Assembly (NCBI GenBank): GCA_051362555.1
Contig: CM120644.1
Location: 4,162,954 to 4,226,953 of the forward strand
Direction: 5' to 3'
Origin: Lingula anatina
Taxonomy: Eukaryota; Animalia; Brachiopoda
DNA: 64,000 nucleotides
The translations under genes were made by a program, and so were the position numbers. Positions 42,372 through 55,270 of this stretch are shown here, one piece after another. The notes beneath the pieces were generated by a model. It was not told where the DNA came from. It did no database searches and saw nothing but the letters and a program-made list of their open reading frames with translations. How positions within the stretch are numbered: the stretch's first letter is position 1; every line of letters starts with the position of its first letter.

Positions 42372-44671
42372 ACCCCGGTGAAGTTGATTCCTGGTTCCTT
42401 ATTCCTTATTCGGTTACTTATTCAAATGTGAAGTTGGTTACTTATTCCCGGTTCCTTATTCGGTTACTTATTCAACTTTTTTATGTTTTTTTATGATTTT
42501 GATGCTAGAATACCTGTTTCATCATACTAGCACCCCCTCTTCATCTAGATGACACCCTAAAATTGTTAAATATACCAATAAAAACACAAAATATAACCCA
42601 TTCCTTATTCAAAAGTCCTGTTACTTATTCGGTTACTTATTCCTTATTCGGTTACTTATTCCTTATTCGGTTACTTATTCAACTTTTTTATGTTTTTTTA
42701 TGATTTTGATGCTAAAATACCTGTTTCATCATACTAGCACCCCCTCTTCATCTAGATGACACCCTAAAATTGTTAAATATACCACTAAAAACACAAAATA
42801 TAACCCATTCCTTATTCAAAAGTCCTGTTACTTATTCGGTTACTTATTCCTTATTCGGTTACTTATTCAACTTTTTTATGTTGTTTTATGATTTTGATGC
42901 TAGAATACCTGTTTCATCATACTAGCACCCCCTCTTCATCTAGATGACACCCTAAAATTGTTAAATGTACCACTAAAAACACAAAATATAACCCATTCCT
43001 TATTCAAAAGTCCTGTTACTTATTCGGTTACTTATTCCTTATTCGGTTACTTATTCCTTATTCGGTTACTTATTCAACTTTTTTATGTTGTTTTATGATT
43101 TTGATGCTAGAATACCTGTTTCATCATACTAGCACCCCCTCTTCATCTAGATGACACCCTAAAATTGTTAAATATACCAATAAAAACACAAAATATAACC
43201 CATTACTTATTCAAAAGTCCTGTTACTTTATTTTACTATTCTCGAGACAGAGAATTAATCATGTTGTCCATGCCACGTCAAATCTTTGCTTACATAGGCC
43301 TCGTGTCTCTCCCCTGACATAGAGGCCTATAGTCTGTTTGACGAAAACTTGCCGGGTTGTTTTTTGGGCACCAACTGCTCTCATCCTCAACAGATTTTAA
43401 TAAACAAATACTTTCTGAATCTTGAGATTACATCGTATTAGCAGTATAAGAACTGAGAGTCTAGGATATTTCAAAGTCTAAAGATGACAGGAAGGGAAAA
43501 TTGCAATACTTGATATCAAACTTATGCCCATATTTTCTGCTCAACATGCACTCTCCCATTCAAACTCCAATAAAAGTTGAATTTTGAACTTATGAATACA
43601 TTCATATAGAGTGTTGCGCTTCTAAAGACAGCAAGGTTTCGTCAAACAGACTATAGCCTAGTTAATTTAATCATCAACAGGTTTATACTACCTCTCCTTT
43701 CATAGTCACCTGCCATCAATTTCCGTTTTAATCAATAATTAAAACCGGTTTTATGTCTTCCCTTGATTAAATACTGTTTATTTATCAATTTTACTATTGT
43801 GACATAGCCTTATTTGCAGTTTATACACTTAATTTCTCACACCCTTCTAATTCATCTACTGCTTGTATATTCTTGTCTCTTCAAAATACTGTTAATCAAC
43901 CTGAAGTTGAATTACAAAGAATTTCCTAAATTCATCTCCTTTTGTCTTTTGGATTTTATTGTGGGTTTATAGTTAGTCATGTGGGTGGGGAATCCCCTTT
44001 CAAAGCGAGGTTTGGGCTCTGGCGTCATAGTAAAAATGGGCATCATTGGATTTATATAGTTAGTCTTTAAGTGCTTTTTTGATCTCATATTTTATGGATT
44101 TAAATGGGAATCATGTCATAGTGTACCAATCAGCAGGCAGCAAGTCCACGGATGATCATTGTCACAATGACGTCAGAGCCTAAGCTCCTTGGAAAAAAGT
44201 AACCGAATAAGGAATAAGTAACCGAATAAGTAACAGGACTTTTGAATAAGGAATGGGTTATATTTTGTGTTTTTATTGGTATATTTAACAATTTTAGGGC
44301 GTCATCTAGATGAAGAGGGGGTGCTAGTATGATGAAACAGGTATTCTAGCATCAAAATCATAAAAAAAACATAAAAAAGTTGAATAAGTAACCGAATAAG
44401 GAATAAGTAACCGAATAAGTAACAGGACTTTTGAATAAGGAATGGGTTATATTTTGTGTTTTTAGTGGTATATTTAACAATTTTAGGGTGTCATCTAGAT
44501 GAAGAGGGGGTGCTAGTATGATGAAACAGGTATTTTAGCATCAAAATCATAAAAAAACATAAAAAAGTTGAATAAGTAACCGAATAAGGAACCGGGAATA
44601 AGTAACCAACTTCACATTTGAATAAGTAACCGAATAAGGAATAAGGAACCAGGAATCAACTTCACAGGGGT
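42372..44671. mobile_element. Foldback-type element with modular tandem-repeat arms and a target-site duplication
   Basis: The left arm (42372-43228, about 4 units of 188-207 bp) and right arm (about 44199-44671, about 2 units) are inverted copies. aaaccgcgt is duplicated at 42363-42371 and 44672-44680. Confidence 0.9.
43330..43653. mobile_element. MITE nested in the foldback spacer
   Basis: 23-bp TIR tagtctgtttgacgaaa(a/c)cttgc; TA on both flanks. Confidence 0.75.
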
Positions 44672-44903
44672 AAACCGCGTGGCTTTCCTTAGTGAGGTCA
44701 GATTTCAACTGAAGCGATCGAATAGTCGGAACAGAGTTTACAGACATCCTGAAAAGACCCATTTTCTTCATTGACTATTGCATTAACAATAAAACACGAT
44801 CAATTTTGCAAAGTAAATGAGATATAAAAGCTTTGCGATCCCCGCTTTGTATGCCAGGTCAGCACTGTGTGCAAAAATTGGAGCTCAATAAGCGTTGTTA
44901 TAC

Positions 44904-45053
44904 GGGCCCCATATCTCGAAAGCATCGCGTATTGCGAATCGCTATATCAAATAGAGGCTACAATGTATTATATGGGACGAGTATGGGCGAGTTATGGAAT
45001 CGAGACGCTTGCGCACGTGCGCAAAATAGCGAACCTTTCGAGATACGGAGCCC
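44904..45053. mobile_element. Short MITE (Harbinger-like GGGC ends) inserted at the tip of the Tc1 left TIR
   Basis: 19-bp TIR gggc(c/t)cc(a/g)tatctcgaaag. Removing it restores TA-CAGGGTTAC. Confidence 0.65.
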
Positions 45054-46204
45054 AGGGTTACTATTTAATATGGAATATTTTTTATCATTGTTATTTTTGA
45101 GTGTTGATTAAAATTTTTGGGGCTTGATTCATCAAAAAAGTATGTCATTGAGTGATAAAAAATCCAGTCTTTAGTTGTGAGACATTTTGGTCAATAATAT
45201 CAAATCTGACATAAGATGTCATTCAAAAGAAAAGAACGCCCCCAGAAAACCATATCATTTTGATGTTAGTATTAATTTAAAGTTAACATATTAAAGAAAA
45301 GTATAGCCTACGGACACTGATATGTTACACAGTCAAAGAAATCATTACAGTTAATCATGAAAAGTCATCATCAGCCGGTATGGCCTCCAGCAGCCGCTTG
45401 CATGGCATACCCTGTGACAAGTTTTTTAGAGTTTGGATGGGGATATCATTCCAAGCATTGATATTTGCCTGTCGCAGTTAATCACTATTTGCCGGCCGAT
45501 GACCATAGCTATTAATTTTGTGAGTTACTTCCGCCCACAAATTTTCAGTTGGGTTCATATCTGGGGAGTTTGCAGGCCAGGGCAGTTGCTAAACCCATTG
45601 GATTCGAAGAAAAACAGTGATTCTGAGAGCTCGATGTGAGTTTGTGCACTAGTATTGGTACACAAAATTGTTCCTGAAGATGGCTCTTACAGATTGAAGC
45701 ATTGTTTGCTGTACAATTTCTCTGTAGGAACCCTGGTTGAGGTTGCCTCCTAGAAAAACCAAATGGTTCTGGCCACCGGCATGAAGCGTTCCCCAAACAG
45801 AAACGTTACCACCCCCTGCTTGCACCCTAGGCAGTACACAATCATCGTTTAATGCCTCTCGTACATGTCGGCGGATAGGTATTCGACCGTCAACCCTAAA
45901 AACTCCATATCTGGCCTAATCACCGAAAACGACGTGATTCCAGTGTTTTGACTGCAAACGCACTTGGTCCCCAGCCCATTGCAGGCATCGCTGTATATGA
46001 CCTGCTGTGACAGTGGTTGCCCTACAGGTCCTCGTGCAAAATACCCGGTTTGCAGTAATCTCTTGTTCACGAGGGACCTTGAAACGGGCGTTTGAATGAC
46101 ATTCTGCCACTCTTTTCTCAGGACACTGGTTGTTTTTGTACGACCAGCACGGCGCACTCTAAGGATAAGGCTATCCTGTCTTCTTGGTGTGATATGCGGA
46201 CACC

Positions 46205-46506
46205 TATGGGCGGCGGTTTATACAAAAATGCAAAACACGATTAGTCGTCATCGTTATCAGATCAGTCGAAATGAAAACACGATTAGTCGTCGTCGTTATC
46301 AGATCAGAAGGCAAAATACGACTAGTAGTCGTCAAAACGCAACTAGTCATCAAAACGCAACTAGTCATCACAACGCAACTAGTCATCATCAAAACGCAAC
46401 TAGTCATCAAAACGCAACTAGTCATCAAAACGCATTTGATTTCATCTGATCTGATAACGATGACGACTAATCGTGTTTTGCATTTTTGTATAAACCGCCG
46501 CCCGTA
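46205..46506. mobile_element. MITE with TIRs of about 60 bp and an internal 18-21-bp tandem repeat, inserted in the Tc1 transposase
   Basis: Inverted ends ta(t/c)gggcggcggtttatacaaaaatgcaaaacacgattagtcgtc..; gacacc duplicated on both flanks; internal (caaaacgcaactagtcat)n. Confidence 0.85.
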
Positions 46507-48691
46507 GACACCTGGTCGAGGTATTGGAGTAGGTGCCCCTGTTGTAGCATTTCTTTGGAGGAGTTTACTAACAGTTCCTGATAAATGTTGCATTGCTTGG
46601 CTGTCCGTTTCTGGCCATTTTCTCTGAGAGGAAGCATTCCATAGTAAGCTGCGTTGCTTAGCTGTCGACCCATATCTTCTCTAAGGTACCTGTCAACTTC
46701 AGAGCGAACCCTTTGTTGCTTCTCTAAATACGCTCCAGATTGGTCAAACCCATGCTTTTATATACAAGGGCAGAAATTGCCGAAAAGACCACCCCTCACT
46801 TTTCTGACCACAGAACATGCAACTGCATGCATCAATTGTTTCGAGAGTTGTGTGGTAATTAGGTAACAAACCCTGCTACACATGGAGTGACACCTCAGTT
46901 TTGGATTTAAAGTAGTTGGAGAGAAAATAAATATTATGTAGAAAATTTACTCACCAAAAAATAATATTCCATATTAAGTAGTAACCCTGTAGCTGCGGTT
47001 GTTTACATTACCCCACAGACGGGACATATGTCTGTAAGGAATACATAACCTTCAACGGGAGTTTCTTTTAACATGAGTTTTGCTCTGAGGCACGTTGCCT
47101 TAATTTTACTTTTCTAGTAAAATGGATCTTCTTCTGCAGCACTTCATCGTAGCTTTGTTTTTGTTTTGTTTCTTTTTCTCGGGGGGTGGGTGGCTGTGGG
47201 TGGTTAAGACCTGCTCTAAATTGATTTAAAGCTGTGTAATTATTAGACAGTTAGCGCAGGTCCCTTCACCCGACAAACGTCCTATCAAACTGATGTATTT
47301 TATGGCTGTTACACATGTATGGTATAGTGGGTAGATAATGGCTCCTTTAAGCTGCCTCAGAAGCACGTAAAATTATCTGGCTTAGACCTGAGCACACTTT
47401 TATTTTACATGATCAGCCCACGCCAGGCGAGGGAAGTGGAAACCAAGAGGCTTTAAGAATCCTATTTGAAATGCTATCTAATGTAAATCTTGTTTTCAAA
47501 ATAATAATAATAACAACAACAACAACATCTGGTATCAGACCGATGACACTATTCAAATAGTTAGGCCTACTTTTAATAAAATAAACTACTCCCCTTGTTA
47601 ACATTAGATTTTTCGTAGATACTAATTTTTTTGCTTGGTTTCTTGTTAGCAAAGTAACATGTAACAATGATATTTACCGGTCAAAGACAGACGAAGGCAA
47701 CCTTGTAGATCACGGCGTTAATGGCGGAGGACACGTCAGCCATGTGATCTTCTTTGTCATTTTGTTAAGTGACCTCGTTTTATATGTTTGGATGAAGCGC
47801 CCTATCTCGGGACGAAATGCTTTGTTTTTGCCTGACATAAGAGAACTTACTCCAAACTCATTATCACCAGGTAGGCTTTCAACATTGGCACAGCTCTGTT
47901 CTGTAATTGTGCCATCAAGGTGTCAACCCAAAATTATTTCACACAGAACATTATCACACAGGTGAACATCAATTAAAGCACCCTTCCCTGCAGTAATTGT
48001 CTCAGCAAAAATATACACAAAATAATAACCGCGGCTCTGGTAGAGGGGAGTGTGTCCCTGTGTGAAAAGTGATGGATACAATACGAGTCGCCTGGCTGTA
48101 CGTGAAATAATACGAGTGTATATTGACATTGTAGAGTGTATATTTGTGATGATGGGGTATTGTTGAAAGTTCCATAACGTATCTTGCTATCAGTTAATAG
48201 ATTTTAGGTCTAAGGCGGTACACCTTTATAGCCGAACCTCTCAGATTGTTATTGACATTTTTTATGTCGTTTTGCAAAACGAAAATAAAATATATAGTTG
48301 TTTTTTTTTTTGCAATGAATTTTTACTTCCCAAATCGTTGACCGTCAAGTGTTCGTTTTAACATCCTTTGCATATTTGTAAACTGTTGGGGGGTCATTGT
48401 TTATACTAATAAGAAAACATTTTAATGTACATGTATGTACAAACAACCAAAAACAACAAATACGTTTTAAATTTCAATTCTATCTCTCGTACATATCTTA
48501 CAGGTGAGACAGGAAAATATACCTGCATGCGAATATTTTCATCTAAACAACATTAGTACTGTTATCGATACACAGTTCAAATTACAATATTACGATAAAT
48601 AATTACATCACAGCGGCAGACTACGCACAGATATACATGAACATCTTTTCATAAAGTCGCAGGGAATCATTACACGCTTTGAGTAACAATG

Positions 48692-51600
48692 TCAGTGATG
48701 CTTCTTGATAAGTCTTATGAGTTCTCGCAGAAGAAGAATAGGCTCTGAATCGTCTGACTGCGCAGTTGTCAGGTGGGATGCCTCTGTTGTCTGAGTGATT
48801 GCCGGTGATGTAGAATTTGATGAAGACCCGGAGGTGGTCGGAGGCGTAGTAGGGCCAGAAGTCGGGGGGTTGGTAGCGCCAGAAGTCGGTGGGTTGGTGC
48901 TAGAAGTCTGGAGGCTGGTAGCGCCAGAAGCCGGAGGACTGGTAGCGCCAGAAGCCGGAAGGCTGGTAGCGCCAGAAGTCGGAGGACTGGTAGCGCCAGA
49001 AGTCGGAGGACTGGTAGCGCCAGAAGTCGGAGGATTGGTAGCGCCAGAAGTCTGGGGGCTGGTGACGCCAGAAGTCGGAGGGCTGGTGACGCCAGAAGTC
49101 GGAGAGTTGGTAGACCCTCCGGTCGCCTGAGTGACCCCGTTTGTATTTGAGTAACCCTTGGAGACAGTCGTCAAACTGGTGCCCGCTGTTCCTGTAGTTC
49201 CCTGAACTTCTTGGCGTAACAGCGCCACTCCGAAATGACTGGACATGGGGTTTTCGCCATCAAATATTCTGACAGGATACATCTGAAATAACAAAACGCA
49301 GACGGGGGAAGAAATTGTACGCCATAAGATGTTAAATTTATGTTATCCTAATTTTTAAGCAATCTCATATTGTTTTAACAGTTAAAACTTATGGATCAGG
49401 TACAAGGTTCGTTTTAACTGTTTCTGATTTATGAAAGGGGTGTTAATAAGAAACCGAGCACAGAGTCCGCCCTCCATTATATTGATGTTCGGGTAACCTA
49501 TAGAAATCAATAAAAAACGGACCGTGAATCATTTTACTTTCGTCTATGACCCAGGAGTGACAGGAATGGTAGTCCACGAGGAACTGCAGTCTGTTCACAA
49601 TTACTAAAATTTGTCCTATACATCAACCCTTATAGGCCTACCCCGACTAACCCTAGTCTGAGTTATTATATGGGACCACAGACTTCCATTCCCTGGACTA
49701 CCAGTCCTGCCACACTGGTCCAGGGTAAACATTTGTTAGAATAAAACTAGGACGAATAATACAAAACAAACCAGGATTGCTCTCACCCCTCCCCCCCCCC
49801 CCCCCCGGTTCCGGGCTATTCAAATTAGATTATGGCAGATGTAAAAGCGTACAAAAACATATTTATGTCATATTTCTTAGTATAAGGAGAACGATACCTC
49901 TTGTGTAATAACATCTCGCATGCAGTTAGGGACAAGTATATGATCAATAATACTGTCACGGCGTGCTGACGACAGAGGGTTATCAACACACCACGTGCAA
50001 GACGCCACAGATTCGACGAACGGCGAGAAGTAATTTCTTGTCAATACGTCAAAGCACAATGGTTTGACGGCCTTTATCCCCTCCGACGGCACCTTAGGAC
50101 CGCTGTTGAAGTCGCCCAACAATATGGCTCGGTGCAAGACGGGAAGAGCTTCATTTAGTAGTACAGCCAGTTCATAGAGATTCTGCTCTTGGTAAGATTT
50201 AAATGGACCCACTGTAATAGAGATATGATGGTAATGTGAATAACGAGTTCATGGTTTTCTTGGGCGACTTCTGTGGAAAAAAAGGAAAGAAAAAATGCTG
50301 TTAATGCCGTGAATATGTACGAAGCCTCTGATTGCTTTGAATAGAGACAAAATCTCAACATTTTTTAGATCTAATACACATCAAAATGCGCACAATAGGA
50401 CATAAGCTTTGAAAATAACCCGGTATAAAGAAAAGGAAACTCTTCTGTACCGATTCCTCCAGTGAAAAATCTCATTACGTGGTACCGGACAGTTTTAAGT
50501 TAAAACTGGTAAAAACGTGTCTAGTTTATTTAAATTTTTTACACTTACCATCCATGTAATAGCCTTTATTCATTGTTGCCGCCAAATGGGTACAAAACAC
50601 ATGGACACCACTAACCTAGGATACAAAAATATATGTATCTTTTAAATATGTGACAGGAAAAAGTATACAGTAGGCCTATTAGTATTTTATTGGAATGAAT
50701 TTGTATCATTGTAGCTGCTGGCTCATCTTTATAAAACACACACCTCGACTGTTTACAATGATACGAGTAAACTTGTTTTTGTCGTTTGTTTTTAAACAAA
50801 AACTGTGTATACAAAAAATCCAATATTTAAATTAGATTGCAACCATGTGCGTATCGGATATAGGGCAAATGATATTAATTATCTATAGATTATATAATGT
50901 CACTTTTCGTCGTTCTTCCCTTAAACCTTTACACATATTACAATCTTCATCCATTTGTATCACGGTTTATTAAAGTAAATTAAGTCAATTTGATAATTTC
51001 ACAAAGAACCTACCTTTGCGCGGATGTACGCCCGCGGGATAAACAAAGAGTATCCCTCGTGGTAACTTACTACCTCAGCACCCTCTATCGGCTGTTTGCT
51101 GAGTAATAGCAGACCATAAGTAGTCGTATACGGCGAGGACATGCAGAGCTCTTCGAATGGGAATAACTGATCATCATCGTCGTCGCTGCCGCTGTGGCGC
51201 TGTAGTATACAGGCAAGACAGTCCTGTGGAAGAGCCCGGAGCTCATCGTCGCATCGTTTTATGAGGCAGTAACGGGACTTACCTCTGCAATTGCGTCTCC
51301 AGCAAGATAGCACGTCCCCCACCTGTAAATTTATAGGAACGCTTTACATAATTTATTCCTTATCATACTATACTGAAGTATAGTTAGACATATACTCTCA
51401 GTAGGGCCTATGTGGAAATTTACATTCTGGCTAAAAATATTAATTTCAACATAGGCCAGGATTTAGTTAACCCGATCTACAGTCTATTTTTTGGCCTCAC
51501 ACTGTTTAGAGATCTAAAACCGCTCAACGTGTTTACACAACGTAATCAACCGTCTTATTTATTTGTATCTCAATTAACTGATGCATTCATTTTCATCAGT

Positions 51601-52424
51601 GAACATATATACAACATATATGTAAATTACATAATTACAACTAGCAAAAAAGTAAAAAAGTAATTTGGTAATGGCACATACTTCGTTAGCTCCACAAGCT
51701 GGTGCTGTGTTAGTTTGATCAGTACCCGGTAGAGAGGAGTTTCCGCCTGATGTCTGCCCCAGAACGCTGGCGGAGTACGGAAACTCTTCCTGTGCCACGG
51801 AAACTATTTCTCTGATATCGTCTTCTAACCAAATCTCTTGCAAGCAGACGACTTCTCCCGGAAGGTCGCCATTTTGGATTGTTTCTAGAAATCTGGCCCG
51901 GCGTTGTTCGTAACTGTCAAAAAAGGCAAGGTAAGAATGATAAATATGAATAACTGTGATACTGGAAATTACATTTAGCAACTCATTGCGGGCTCACCCC
52001 GATACTTTTCACGAGAAAAAATGACCCGAATGTACTGGCCACTTGATTATCATTCTTTTTCTGCTGGATGGCTTACAACATTCACTCATTTGAAAGGTAA
52101 GAATATTACAGAGCTTGCTTCAGGTAGTTCGTATTATTTTGTAAGAAAGTAAGTAAGTTTATTAAGACTTGGCAACCAAAAGGTTGAAGTTATACATAAA
52201 ATGGAGTGAGAATAACATATACAAATTTACAAATTAAAATATTTTGGAGCGAAAGTGTGTTGATCAATTAATTTTCTTGGTGCCATATACATTATTTTGC
52301 CTTTTACCTCGCCGAATGATGTGATCAATTTACAAGCGTAAACAAAGGGATTTACATTGCCGTTCCTAAAAGATTACCTGCATGTAATATGAATATAAAA
52401 GAAAATGCTCAGTTCTGAACAAAG

Positions 52425-52491
<67 letters not shown>

Positions 52492-53710
52492 CATAAACAA
52501 CATGTGCTTACCCTTCAAGAGCTGTGGGATGAAGTTCAGCATTATACGTGACAGATTCAGGAACGTTGACCTGTGTAGGACACGGCACAGTAGCGCCGGG
52601 GGAACCTGAACCGCTGTATCCTGAAGAACCTGAGCCGCTGTAGCCGGACGAGCCTGAGCCGCTGTGGCCGGACGAGCCTGAGCCGCTGTAGCCGGACGAG
52701 CCTGAGCCGCTGTGGCCGGACGAGCCTGAGCTGCTGTGGCCTGTCGAGCCTGAACCGCTGTGGCCGGACGAGCCTGAGCCGCTGTGGCCGGACGAGCCTG
52801 AGCTGCTGTGGCCTGTCGAGCCTAAACCGCTGTGGCCGGACGAGCCTGAACCGCTGTGGCCGGACGAGCCTGGGCCCTGGTTGCCGGATGAGCCTGGACC
52901 CCTGCGGCCGGACGGCCCTGGACCCTTGTGGCCACCAGAGTCAAACCCTCGCAGATTATTTGGATTTGCGCCACGTTGACCGACAGAGTTAGTCTCGGCT
53001 GGTTTCATTAGTATCCTTTCTAGGGTTTTACTCAAGGCATTATCTGACATTTGGTTTATACTGTCTTCACCATCTTGCACTTCGGCTTGGTGCGCATTAG
53101 CGACTTTGCTTTCTCCCGAGACGAGAACACGATCCTGTAGTGGCCAGACAGCGTAACCTTGAACGTTGAGGCTAAATTGAAACACACTTAAAAGTTACAT
53201 TTATTGTGACGAAAATACAATATCTTTGGTAAGTAAACAGTACGTTTGACAGTCGAAGACTCCCCGTCACGCCCAGTGTTCCCTGCCTCACCCCGCCACT
53301 TTCTTTTTCACTTCCACTCCTTAGCCCCGCTTCCCTAGCAATTACAGAATTACTATTTAGCAAAAGGATGGGGGGAAATACCATTTGTTGCAAAATATTA
53401 CACATTCCTAAAACATGGCCATTTTAATAAATATTCCGAGTTCACCAGCGTTTACATCCCGTTATCAGTACATCTTTACGAGGATAATAACGAGTTTTTG
53501 CGAGGAATACAATGTACTGTGAAGGAATTTTCCATGCAAATGTAGTTAACTTTTGGTAGCTGACAATATCCATTACCTCACTTAGTGCACGACATGCATT
53601 TAAATCTTTTGCAGTAGTTTTTTAGTAGGATATTTGAAAAGACCGACTTTTACCTACCTGACGCTTGATAACAGGACAGTAAGAGCTGCAACGCTCAGTA
53701 CAGGTGCCAT
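48692..53710 (-). CDS. Secreted EEP (endonuclease/exonuclease/phosphatase)-fold protein with a Gly/Ser/His-rich N-terminal arm and a Thr/Ser/Pro-rich tail; exons 53710-53658, 53171-52512, 51913-51682, 51322-51014, 50615-50549, 50211-49898, 49282-48692 (741 aa)
   Basis: Seven GT-AG exons join in frame (2226 nt). Signal-peptide-like start MAPVLSVAALTVLLSSVSLNVQG. EEP motifs in order: VTYNA, VVCLQEIW, YGLLLLSK, FCTHL, ILLGDFN, IIDHI, MSSHFGV. A Cys-rich insert lies in exons 3-4. Confidence 0.85.
48835..49105 (-). repeat. Coding minisatellite (24-bp units) encoding (TSPPTSGA)n, a mucin-like tail
   Basis: Repeated ggtagcgccagaagtcggaggact on +, inside the last EEP exon. Confidence 0.9.
49555..49725. 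mobile_element. Degenerate inverted-repeat (MITE-like) remnant in the last EEP intron
   Basis: gtgacaggaatggtagtcca pairs imperfectly with tggactaccagtcctgccac. Confidence 0.35.
52600..52935 (-). repeat. Coding minisatellite (18-bp units) encoding (GSSGHS/GSSGYS)n
   Basis: Repeated gagccgctgtggccggac on +, inside exon 2 of the EEP gene. Confidence 0.9.
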
Positions 53711-54499
53711 CCTTATCTAATACGTATGCACACTACGCCAACGCGAAGTCTGCGTCTCTATTTCTCCCCTTCTTTCTTCTCTTGCGCTGAGAACGAGTTA
53801 TGTATACGCGCCACCGACTGACAAAACCTCACTGATCAAAAGCTCCACCAATCACAAAGCTCGAAGCATGTCACGTGACCTCTATTGGATGTAGCAGTGA
53901 GTATTGATCTTGAACAGTTTTTGCGCGGTCACACCCTGTGTTTCCGATTTTGAAGGTGTCAAAGGTGTCTTAGTATATGTCTGAATGATGTATTAGTACC
54001 TGAAACTTTGGGCGAAAAATCCGAAACCACGCACTTTATGTTGTGATATGTTGTGTTGCATGGTCATCAACGAGAAGTGAAATAGCTTTAACAGCAGCAT
54101 ATTTCATAAAAATATAAAAAATATTCCAGTTAGAAACTGACTTAAATTGTTAGATGAAGTACGTCAGTTTGTCTTGATACAAACCAAACAAATATTGATA
54201 CGACGCTTGGTCTCATTTTTCAACGGAATTACCCTTGTCGACTTTGTATATGTTTAAGAAATCTGACTTAGTTGAAAATGTAAGCGGATATGGAAACTTT
54301 AAAAATGCAGCACGGCTGAATTTCAAGGGGGGGGGGTATTAATAACCTTCATCAATCAAATTCTGTGTATCACGACTGAATGTCTTTTAAAGAGAGTGCA
54401 TTTATAATCATAATAAAAATTACCATTTTTAGGGAAGCAGATGCAAGCAAGCTCAAAAATTTGACAATGACCTAAAGTGAAAGATACGCCACGCCATGA

Positions 54500-54534
<35 letters not shown>

Positions 54535-54848
54535 AATAAAAAAATAAATAAAATGAATAAATGAAATTAATAAAGACTTGAGTACACAAGTGAGCAATAA
54601 TCATCGTGGCTATTGCATCAATGGACACGGGGAAACACTGGAGCGTTAGGTAGATTTCTTGACGATTTTTCTTAGAATAACGTTTGATGTTTGCTGCTGC
54701 ACTGGTAGTACATACATGTGTGTCAAATGGAATTGGTCTGAAAACGATTTTCCCTTATCTTGTGAAGTAATCTATGTTGTTGAAGATATGGTTGTGATTT
54801 AACAATGAGAAGTTCACTCAATCTGATAATCATTCCTTATCGTTTTAG

Positions 54849-55270
54849 ACGAGAAAACCGAACCCGTGCGGAACATACGCTGTGAGGACTGGAAAAATAT
54901 GACTAGTATATGTAACAGTCAAACAACCAAGATTTCAGAGGAGGACCACATAGAGATTACAATGTCTCTCTTCAACGGAAGTAAATTTCGATTGGAAACT
55001 TTTCCCCGAATCGTATTAGCGGGATTCGATGTCATGGATATCGATGGAGATAGCCGAATATCAAAGAGTGAATATGCTGCCTTTTACTACGGTATGAACG
55101 TCCCAGCCGAGTATTCGAAGAATATATTTGATGTTTTAGACGAAAATAAAGATGGCTTCATTTCAATGGAAGAGTATGCCCAAGGTCACTTGGATTTTTG
55201 TTCGGTGAGGATCCTAATACATGTAGCAAGTACGATGAATTGCTCGGTCCACTAGTTAAACGATTTGCTT
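54849..55270 (+). pseudogene. Inverted, 5'-truncated duplicate of exon 2 of the EF-hand gene
   Basis: Highly similar to 57522-57119, including the acceptor and about 180 bp of intron. It has a 1-bp deletion in the Trp codon (about 55200), two 6-bp insertions and TGA changed to CGA. No exon 1 copy was found upstream. Confidence 0.8.

Larger units (their letters stand above)
44903..46989 (-). mobile_element. Fossil Tc1-family transposon with two nested MITEs
   Basis: TIR cagggttacta(t/c)ttaatatggaatatt at about 45053 and ending at 46989. TA duplication at 44901-44902 and 46990-46991. Transposase remnants on -: VSRSLVNKRL, WNHVVFGD, QAGGGNVSVWG and WPANSPDMNPTENLW. Confidence 0.9.

Noticed and set aside
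46096-46593. Repetitive ORFs (QNATSH)n, (MTSCVL)n and (KTQLVI)n
   Set aside because: Translations of the tandem repeat inside the 46205-46506 MITE.
48795-49130. + strand (VAPEVGGL)n ORF resembling an elastomeric protein
   Set aside because: Antisense reading of the 24-bp repeat in the EEP gene's last exon.
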